Shown piece by piece: positions 54,302-64,000 of a stretch of 64,000 nt of DNA (positions within the stretch are counted from its first letter, which is position 1; each line of letters starts with the position of its first letter). The position numbers and the translations under genes are program-made. A model generated the notes under the pieces. The model was not told the origin of the DNA, did not search any database, and worked only from the letters and a program-made list of their open reading frames with translations. Where the stretch lies: the NCBI GenBank assembly GCA_964016885.1, contig OZ024744.1, positions 114,452,001-114,516,000 on the forward strand, in the 5' to 3' direction. This DNA is from Eledone cirrhosa. Lineage: Eukaryota.

Positions 54302-55142
54302 TATATATAAACTGCATTAGGAGAAAATTAGTGACGGAAATATGTGAATGTTTATTTAAGTGATCGCTAACCGGAAGTGTTGACATTTGAAAATTTTAAA
54401 GAAGTGAATCTTTAAATGAACAATAAAATATATTTAATCAACAGCTACGAAATGTAATGAATAAATTATGTAATATTCATTCATTATTTATTCAAAGTAA
54501 TCCAACTTATTTTACTAACTGGATTAAAAGAAATACACCGTACACAATCCCGCACTCCTTACTTTATTAAAGTTTAGATTTCGATGATGTAAAGTTTTAT
54601 GTATAACATAAAGCAAAACATGTCCTCTTCAGACAAAATACACAGATGTATAATTTTTCATGATATTCTTGTAGCCAATGAGCTGGACAGATCAGTGACC
54701 ACCAAGCATATGACTAGAAAAAAACACTTAGGAGGTTACTTCACTGGGAAAATAATTACTGTTGGTTTAAATGTTTCAGAAATTATTTAAAATATGACGC
54801 AATTAGATTAGTCAAAAACAAAACAAAACGTTACCGTTATTCAGTCTCTGTGTTGCTGATAATCAATTAAAATAGGTATTAAATCAAAAGTATATATTAT
54901 ATCAAAGCAAAAAATGAAAAAATATTCTACGAAACAAAAGTAGTATTATGAAAATATAATAAAGGGGGAAAGAATTTGGATTACAGAATTTGTAGATAAA
55001 TTATCTTTGTTTATGTATATACTAGCTGACCCGTCCGGCTGACACCCGGCTACCATTGGTATGTTCTACGGCATCCATATATATATATATATAGCTGACG
55101 TACCTAGCTTCGCTTGGATAAACAGATGATAAGCCATCGGTG

Positions 55143-55420
55143 TAGTATAGTATTACTGTTGAAAATATATAGTACAGTACAGTATTACTGTTGAAAATAT
55201 ATAGTATAGTATATTATTACTGTTGAAAATATATAGTATAGTATTACTGTTGAAAATATATAGTATAGTATTACTGTTGGAAATATATAGTATAGTATTA
55301 CTGTTGAAAATATATAGTATAGTATTACTGTTGAAAATATATAGTATAGTATTACTGTTGAAAATATATAGTATAGTATTACTGTTGAAAATATATAGTA
55401 TAGTATTACTGTTGTAAATA
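55143..55420. repeat. 27-bp minisatellite (TAGTATAGTATTACTGTTGAAAATATA), ~10 copies
   Basis: Direct reading. Translates as a KIYSIVLLL repeat. Confidence 0.95.
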
Positions 55421-55768
55421 TGTACACGAATATATAATTATATATATATATATATATAATTAAAAGTTAGTTAGAAGCGAAGTCCATGCAGACAGGTAGA
55501 CAGACAGATATTATAAGCGCACGTATAGCTATGTATCTATCTAAAAAGGCAGAGTAAGAATGAGAGAGGAATGTCATATTATATATATTATATATAATGA
55601 AGTACCAGTAATGTACTGAAATAATTGTTGGCCTTGTGCCAAAAGTAGAAACAATTATACTTCTTTTTTATACAACTGTAAATAACATGTTTGTGTATGT
55701 ATACATACGTATAAAGGAATGCTGTAATAAAATTTACAAATTAAACTGTCTCTTATTTATGATACTAA

Positions 55769-55816
<48 letters not shown>

Positions 55817-56639
55817 TCCTGAAATGTTGAGCACTTCCAGATGTAGTAATGAACAGCGGCATGGGACTGACTTGATCTACTCACCATTCGGATTTTGGCT
55901 ACTCTGCGCCTTGTCTACCGCCCACCTGGTCCAATGTTACTTCCCTGTCGGGAATATTCAGACTTCGACAAAATTATACGGATAATACCATAACCTGTAT
56001 TATACTGTACTGTATTGACTGAATTCTCTACCCTATACTTCAGGGCCTTTGTAATTCACACTGAATTCTGAGGCTCGAACACACACTGATTCCATCTCTT
56101 CCATCCTCTATATCTATATGCATTATCTAACTGCAACTTGATCTATATTGTATTTCCCCTGTGTTTTGATTTCTCCGATATGTTCTTATATACTTCCGTT
56201 TTACTCCACCACCACCCTAGCTATGACGGCGTTTTATTTATTTTTTATGTATTTTTTCAGTTATTTATTTATTTATATATTTCTACCTTTTTACTTTATT
56301 AATGTGTTTTTATCTTCGTATTCTGCTTTTATTTATCTATGTATTCTTTGTTTTTTTGCCTACTGTTCCTTTTATTTAGGTTTTTACTCGCTTTACTCTC
56401 ATTAAGTACTAATCATTGTACTCATTAGCACACGACACTAGAATATCTCCCCCTGAGAACCACAATACTTATAACCCTGACTATCTGGGGACCTAGATAT
56501 AGCCTCCCTCGAGTGTTTGGAAAAATAAATTTCCCCTTCTTTCGGTAAATGAAATTACTCGGAGCGGAGGTTTGCTTCGCCCCGGAGCCCGCCGCGCCGC
56601 CATTTTGGGCCGCTATATAGTACCTTTAAATTCTAGGCC

Positions 56640-57600
56640 TAATCATAACTATTAGCTGTATCATGCCTCCCTCTACTGGCACTTAGACAAACCCCTCTCC
56701 GGTGTAAATTAATAGTACTCGTTTGGTATAACGATGGCCTGACGACGATGGCTGACTTCCCACCAGCACACCCGGAGCCTAGAACAGTTACATTCCTCGG
56801 GTGCTCTGAAAAATTGATTTCCATATCTTTCGCTAGACGGTTTCTGTCACACACGTAATTAGGATGGGCTGGCCGGAGTCTGCAGTCGTCGCGTGCTGTT
56901 TGACTGCTAAACAAGGACTTAATCTTTACTCTATATCCCACCCTGAAAACTTATCGAGGATCTCTATAATACACTTTAAATTTTTTCATAAAAGAGTCTC
57001 TCTGTAAATTCTTTAACTAAATCTCCCAACCCAAACCAAAATTTTTTTAATTTTATAATTTTAATCTTTAATTTAATTTCTTTTAATTTCATCCTATACA
57101 TCTAAACAAAAATTTAACGTTCTAATTTTCTGTTCACACATTATACCATGCAGACGCCCACTATATATACCTCTGTTATAATATATACCTCTGTTAAGAT
57201 ATAGGTTCTTTAGAATAACATTTTTCGCGGCAATTCCTAGCCTGATTGTAGCATGACATTAACGCTGACTTTTCTTCTTTCTTTCTGTCTTATTTTTTTC
57301 TCTTTGACCGGGAGGTTAGTAGCACATTATATGCTTTCGCCCCCTCACCAGATAGCCTTAAGTAGACCGAATAGCCAGCTCTTGAGGGCGACCGGCTAAA
57401 GTGGAAGATGCTAGATGGTCGGTCGACTCGGGTCTATGATTTTCAGCCTCATGGATTTTATCTGTTACATTCATTTATTATATTTCGAATACCTGATGAT
57501 ATCACCGGATTCATACGGAACCCGGTCATTGAAATGATCATAGTATAATAAACCTTTCAAGGATTTACACAAGTCCAGCCTCCTGTTATTTTATTATAAT
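56640..57600 (+). mobile_element. Probable PLE 3' end (decayed GIY-YIG plus pLTR), family H5
   Basis: Frame-shifted remnants Y..GLTT, DFHI and ESAVVACCLTAKQGLN, followed by a hammerhead, AATAAA and (TA)n. Confidence 0.45.
57489..57546 (+). ncRNA. Type I hammerhead ribozyme
   Basis: atac-CTGATGA-tatcaccgg...ccggtcatt-GAAA-tgatca-TA-gtat. Stem III is the palindrome ATGATCAT. Two mismatches at the base of stem II. Confidence 0.7.
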
Positions 57601-58244
57601 ATATATATACACACACACTATACACATATATACACACACACAGACAGAGAAGTCAATGTACAGAATGGTTTTCATAATGCAGACATACAGAGACATATTA
57701 TAAGGGCGCGACATTATAGGTATGTATCTATCTAAAAAGACAGACTAAGAAAGAGAGAGGAAGTGTTGATATTTGAACATTTTAAAGAAGTGAATATTTA
57801 AATAAACAATAAAATATCTTTAATCTTTCAACGAAATCTAGTAGACAAAAATACCCTCACTTTCTTGGAAAAAGTTACATCTATGGTGCAAATTTGGTGC
57901 CGTTTGGTCCAGCCGTTTGGCGAAAAGTTTGTCACATACATACGGCCGTCAGCTTTATTAATAGATTAGATTTTGAAATTATATGAGTAGAAAAGTATTT
58001 AATAATTGATATGGTTCTTTGTTTTTTATATAACTGTGTTTTTTATATAACTGCTTTTTTTTTCTTTGTTTTTTATATGCTGTGAGGTAAATTATTTAGT
58101 TCAAAAGAAGGTAAATAATTACCAAGGTCAAATTTATCAATTCAATAATCTTATTTAAGTATATATACATATGTAATAATAAATACAAAGACCAAAATCC
58201 AAAGGGATTTTAATCTATACTAATAACATAGGGTTGGCACTGCT

Positions 58245-59698
58245 TCTTCAGTGGAACTCCATTCACATGTAGAGTCACTGCACAGGCTTCCTTGAGAGGA
58301 CGAGTGTCTCAGTTTTCGCAGCACTGAATTTCATTCCAGTCATGTAGCACTCATCATCACATCTATCTGATGTAAGCTGGAGATCACTTTCTGAAGAGTT
58401 AAGTAACACCATGCTGTCTTCAAATTTCAGCCAACTGATTTTACACCCACCAGTCGTGATACCACTTCCAACCCAGCTGTGCATGGAAATCATGTTCATG
58501 TAAATATTAACCGAATGATTGCGATTACAAGTGGCCTAAATGGGGTTCCTACGAAGGGTCTTTGGAGTAATGTTACTCGATAGAGTGCATAGCTCGGAGG
58601 TCAGAGAGTCACTTCAGGAAGAGCTGTATCTTCTCTGAATTGAGAGATCACAGATCTGATACTATGACATGTGGTTAGAATGTCTCTGGAAAGAATCTCT
58701 GAATTGAGAGATACTCTGATACTATGTACATGTGGTTAGAATACCTCAGGAAAGAATCTCTGAATTGAGAGATCACAGCTCTGATACTATGACATATGTT
58801 TAGAATGTCTCAGGAAAGAATCTCTGAATTGAGAGATCACAGCTCTTATACTATGGACATGTTAGTAGAATGTCTCAGGAAAGAATCTCTGAATTGAGAG
58901 ATCACAGCTCTGATACTACAGACATGCGGTTAGAATGTCTCAAGAAAGAATCTCTGAATTGAGAGATCATAGCTCTGATACTACAGACATGTGGTTAGAA
59001 TGTCTCAGGAAAGAATCGCTGGATTGAGAGATCACAGCTCTGGTACTATGGACATGTTAGTAGAATGTCTCAGGAAAGAATCTCTGAATTGAGAGATCAC
59101 AACTCAGATACTATGGGACATGTGGTTAGAATGTCTCAGGAAATAATTTCTGAATTGAGAGATCACAGCTCTGATACTATGACATGTTAAAATGTCTCAG
59201 GAAGGAATCTCTGAATTGAGATCACAGCTCTGACAGCTCTGATACTATGACATGTGGTTAGAATGTGTGAGGAAAGAATCTCTAAATGGAGAGATCACAG
59301 CTCTGATACTATGACATGTGGTTAGAATGGCTCAGGAAAGAAATTCTGAATTGAGAGATCACAGCTCTGATACTACAGACATGTGGTTAGAATGTCTCAG
59401 GAAAGAGTCTCTGAATTGAGAGATCACAGCCCCGATACTATGACATGTGGTTAGAATGTCTCAGGAAAGAGTCTCTGAATTGAGAGATCACAGCTCTGAT
59501 ACTACAGACATGTGGTTAGAATGACTCGGGTAAGAATCTCTGGACATATTTTATAGAGACCCAGGGCTATACCCCAAACAAGATGGTTGGATAACATTCA
59601 TGAGATTGGCTGGTCACGCTTGGGGATCAAACCAAATCAGTTGAAGATGGCTGCTTCTGACAGGAAGAAGTGATTGAGAGCTCTTCCCCCATGACCAA
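58245..59698 (+). mobile_element. RTE-like LINE fragment with an inverted 5' part (58245-58510 on minus)
   Basis: Minus piece KISWLKFEDSMVLL..DLQ..GMKFSAAKTETLV (RT motifs 5-7). Plus piece FLRRVFGV..DRV..IERSQL..GHVVRM..RW.DNI. Confidence 0.65.
58633..59541 (+). repeat. ~65-bp minisatellite (~14 copies) derived from RTE coding sequence
   Basis: TCTCTGAATTGAGAGATCACAGCTCTGATACTATGGACATGTGGTTAGAATGTCTCAGGAAAGAA recurs, e.g. at 58821, 58886 and 58951. Confidence 0.92.
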
Positions 59699-59810
59699 GA
59701 AGAAGAAGAAGAAGAAGAAGAAGAAGAAGAAGAAGAAGAAGAAGAAGAAGAAGAAGAAGAAGAAGAAGAAGAAGAAGAAGAAGAAGAAGAAGAAGAAGAA
59801 GAAGAAGAAG

Positions 59811-59840
<30 letters not shown>
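59698..59840. repeat. (AAG)n microsatellite
   Basis: Direct reading. Confidence 0.95.
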
Positions 59841-59841
<1 letters not shown>

Positions 59842-60445
59842 CTTCTCTCTTGCACACCATCTCAGCTTTTCTCATAGCTCGTCCAAGCTCTGCCTTTCTC
59901 TCACATTTACATTGCACATCCAACAAAACATGGCTGCTCCATCTCTCTCCAGTCAACACATCTGCTCTGTGACCACAGCCCATGTTTCACTACAATGTAG
60001 CATCGCACACTGCACACAGGCATCATACAGCCTTCCTTTTGTACGTAGGGAGAAATAATTTGTTGTCAACAGTGAGAGTAGGTCTCTAAACTTCTTCCAT
60101 CCTATCCTTATTCTAGTTATTATGCTCTCAGAGCACCCTCCTCTGCTGCTAATTAGGTCACCTTGTTAACAGAAGCTATCAACCACTTCTATAGATCGTT
60201 CCTGGGATGGGAACAGGTTTATATCATAAGCAGTCTTCCTCTGGATTACTCCTGTGCATCTTCTATATGCAAAGTCCTCCCTTCCTGTTAGTCTACTCGT
60301 TATCCCACTACATCCCACTACATCTTTACCCAAGAATTACATTGTGTACATAGTATGGAGTTTATGCCTACTCCTTTTCTACATATTGAGTATGGCCATT
60401 TCCCTGAGGGAATCTGTGTCCTGTCTTCTCTCCCACTCACTGGCA
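59841..60445 (-). mobile_element. Decayed RTE fragment
   Basis: IPSGKWPYSICRKGVGINSILCTQCNSWV, homologous to 15450-15950. Confidence 0.8.
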
Positions 60446-60896
60446 CAATCTGGCAGGAAGGTATACGTTGTTGACGATAGCTAATAAGCTTGAAACTAGT
60501 ACAGCGTTCCTTTGTCAGTGTTGAACAAACGAGCAACGATGGTTGCTGGACACTGCGGCTTAATACGGGATGTTTGTTTACAAACACACCGAGCATTATA
60601 ATAAATGTTCGGTGAATCCATACGTACATATATGTATGTGTGCATGTATGTATATATATATACATACTACTGTAACGTCTGTATACATATGTGTATGTAG
60701 GTGTACATACTTATAATTGAGTAACAGCCGTACTAAGAGTGGGGAATGAAATTTCGTTTCATTTTTTCCGTTTATCGTTTTAGGTGCACCCGGCCGATTA
60801 ACCCACTCGATATGCAAATTGGGCTACTCACCCGTTAATATGCATAAGGTAAGTATATACGTTCAACAATCTGGCAGGAAGGTATACGTGTACATA

Positions 60897-60937
<41 letters not shown>

Positions 60938-60948
60938 GTTTGTATATG

Positions 60949-61082
<134 letters not shown>

Positions 61083-61187
61083 TACATATACCCTATACGT
61101 ATATACTCGCCCCGGCAGATAGGTCGCATACCCACTTTTCATTTAACAAATAGGCTATTTGCCATTGACTCGCAGATATATATATAT

Positions 61188-61503
61188 ATGTCAATTCCAT
61201 ACATCTGTATCATATCAGTTTGTTTAACATGCTAGATTCTTCATTATACTCTATCTCTTACTTATATTGATGTTATTATTTTATTATAAAAATGCTGAAA
61301 CCGGTAATAGACAATTATTAAATATATAAATATATAAATAAATGCCATTGTTAATTAATAAATAAAACAACTAATACCTTAACACTTAACACAAAATAAA
61401 ATATTTCGTTTTAATCACTGTTCTAACGCAGAAAAAAAGAGAGAAAGAAATAAAAAAGAAAAAAATACATTTTTCTTCCTAATAATCGTCTCTTTCTCCC
61501 TAT

Positions 61504-61597
<94 letters not shown>

Positions 61598-61912
61598 ATA
61601 GGGAGAAAGAGACGATTATTAGGAAGAAAAATGTATTTTTTTCTTTTTTATTTCTTTCTCTCTTTTTTTCTGCGTTAGAACATGATTAAAACGAAATATT
61701 TTATTTTGTGTTAAGTGTTAAGGTATTAGTTGTTTTATTTATTAATTAACAATGGCATTTATTTATATATTTATATATTTAATAATTGTCTATTACCGGT
61801 TTCAGCATTTTTATAATAAAATAATAACATCAATATAAGTAAGAGATAGAGTATAATGAAGAATCTAGCATGTTAAACAAACTGATATGATACAGATGTA
61901 TGGAATTGACAT
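61188..61912. repeat. ~725-bp palindrome (~320-bp arms around (TA)n) with a decayed hammerhead in each arm
   Basis: 61188-61510 is the reverse complement of 61591-61912 (one indel seen). The arm contains TTGATGT...ataaaaatgct-GAAA-ccgg-TA-atag at 61263-61310. Confidence 0.85.
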
Positions 61913-62909
61913 GTGAAAACTGCTATAGGGTACATTAAATATAATGTTATGGTTGTGACGAGATAACAGTAACCACTAAAATGTACTTGGAGACAGGATT
62001 TATGGGGTATCTACTATGCTGTAGGTATTCTGGCAATAAACCGGAGATTTACTTATTATTTGACAGATAAACAATTTCGTTTTATTAATGTAGTGAGGAT
62101 GATAGTTTTTATGTGGTGTTAAATGGAGTTGTAGAGTCGTTATTTAAGTGGCCTATATTAAAGGTAGGGATTGTTAGTTCGAATCATGTGGGTTTAGTTT
62201 TCACAGCATCAATAACAAATCGTGTATAAATAAGATAGTAATAACAACAATAATAGAAACAATAAAGGTAATAAAATAGTAAAATATGCATGGTAGATAT
62301 AGAGAACATGATGAATAGTATTAAGGATACATTGAGATGTTCATGATAATAATAAGAATAATAAGAGGAAAGTAAGATTTCAAGGAGTGTAGGAGTAATA
62401 AGATAATGTACTTAGAATTAGGTTCATCTGTTAGAGATTATAAGTGCTAATGTGAGATATAATTGTCTGGTCCGAAGGAGTAAATAACAGCGAAGATGGG
62501 ATTGATTTATGAGTTGATAGTTGTAGACTTTACTGACAATCCCAGTGGTATAGAATTAGGGAGACTAGAAGGTGTTTATAGAAGATTATGGTTCTGTAGT
62601 GGTTTGTGTGAGGTGGTGGATTTCATATGTTAAAGCAAAGTGATATTGGTTCGAATCACGGTGGTTTAAATCGATTGGCGCATAATCAGGCAAATAGCGA
62701 ACTCTAGACCTACCAGATCAAAGAAACAATTGTCAGCAATGTGAATAAAGCCCTTATTGTATAGCGAACCATGTCAATCTTCTTTCTTGAATTATTATTA
62801 CTCCAAGTATAAACTACATAGAAATCACCGCGAACTCGCAGCATCACTATGGAAACGTCTTGTTGAGTCAAACTAAACCACACGTTAATACTATCCACTA
62901 CACTAAATA

Positions 62910-64000
62910 CACAGACGCTCTTTTCCTTGTACGACAACTACAGGAGAAATACCTAGCTAAAAGTAAACCCCTATACTTAGCTTTTGTTGACTTGGGGAAA
63001 GCATTTGACAAAGTCCCTCGCTCCATTATCTGGTGGGCTCTTAGAAAACTAGGTGTTGATGAATGGCTAGTGAGAGCTATACAGGCCGTGTATAAAGAAA
63101 CAGTCAGCAAGGTTAGAATTAATAACGAATGTAGTGAAGAGTTTAGCGTAAAAGTTGGTGTTCATCAGGGCTCTGTTCTTAGCCCCCTACTATTTATTAT
63201 TGCCCTTCAGGCTATAACAGTGGAGTTCAAGACCGGCTGCCCATGGGAACTTCTATACGCAGATGATCTAACGCTCATAGCTGAATCAATGGCTGAACTA
63301 GAGAGGAAATTCCAAACTTGGAAGCTAGGCCTAGAATCAAAAGGCCTTAAAATTAACTTGTCTAAGACTAAAGTTCTAGTATGTAGGAAGGAAAATAGGG
63401 CACTGGTCCCCTCTGGGAAATAATTATGCTCAGTGTGTAGGAAAGGAGTAGGCAGAAACTCCATTTTATGTCCCAAAGGCAAAGTATCGGTACATAAAAG
63501 ATGTAGTGGGATCACAGGTAAACTATCTAAGAATATAGATTTTATATGTGGCCGGTGCTCTGGTGCAATAAGTAGCAGTAAGTGCCCACAGAATACTAGC
63601 TCCTTCCATTGCACAGATGGTTCTATAGAAATAGTAGACACCTTCCGTTACCTAGGTGACAAAATCAAAAGTGGTGGAGGGTGCTCTGAAAGTACAGTAG
63701 CTACAGTCAGAACGGGATGGAAAAGGTTCAGAGAGCTTATACCACTATTGGCCGCTAAAGGTTTCTCCCTATAAATGAAAGGCAGGCTGTATGATGCCTG
63801 CATACAAACAGCAATGTTACATGGCAGTGAGACATGGGCATTGCGTGCAGAGGATCTACACAGACAGGAGGGGAACGAAGCTTGTGTGCTCCGTTGGATG
63901 TGTAATAGTAATATACGTGAACGGAATAGCATAAATCAACTAAGGGAGAAATTAGGAATAAGAGGGATCAGATGCTGTTTATTCGAGAGAAGCCTACGTT
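62910..64000 (+). mobile_element. RTE LINE RT fragment (runs off the window end)
   Basis: FVDLGKAFD, VGVHQGSVLSPLLF, LLYADD and a Cys-rich insert. Stops at 63421 and 63772. Confidence 0.9.

Larger units (their letters stand above)
55022..57970 (-). mobile_element. Probable non-autonomous Helitron(s) with nested insertions
   Basis: Minus-strand start TCTAATCTATTAATAAAG..TATGTATGT..AAACGGCTGGACC near 57970. GC hairpin plus CTAG ends at ~55022 and (degenerate) ~55092. Confidence 0.45.

Noticed and set aside
58633-59541. CRISPR-like regular array (also 26925-27710)
   Set aside because: No unique spacers and no cas genes. Eukaryotic context, and the units derive from RTE or SINE sequence.
61915-62905. 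Possible minus-strand PLE RT remnant
   Set aside because: Only faint motif resemblance. Too decayed to call without a translated search.

Overview
AT-rich animal genomic DNA made almost entirely of repeats. The SINE types, microsatellite load and LINE content suggest a cephalopod such as Octopus (inference). One host-gene segment is recognisable: a minus-strand first coding exon (17518-17720) with a signal peptide, an ANF-receptor-type N-terminus and a GTAAGT donor, probably a receptor guanylyl cyclase. The rest of the window contains: a 4955-bp tandem triplication of a defective (TAA)n-targeting R4/Dong-like RLE retrotransposon; other Dong-like families stacked in TAA tracts; RTE LINE fragments; tRNA-derived SINEs; a solo LTR with a 5-bp TSD; a decayed Helitron; an ~11-kb GT-rich satellite with higher-order duplications; and long triplet arrays. 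The most notable hidden signal is about 13 minimal type I hammerhead-ribozyme motifs (10 with an intact CUGANGA/GAAA core, 3 decayed) from at least six sequence families. They lie in short, mostly non-coding, (TA)n-associated and often fold-back elements that look like Penelope-like-element pLTR derivatives. All calls were made by eye, with no database searches.
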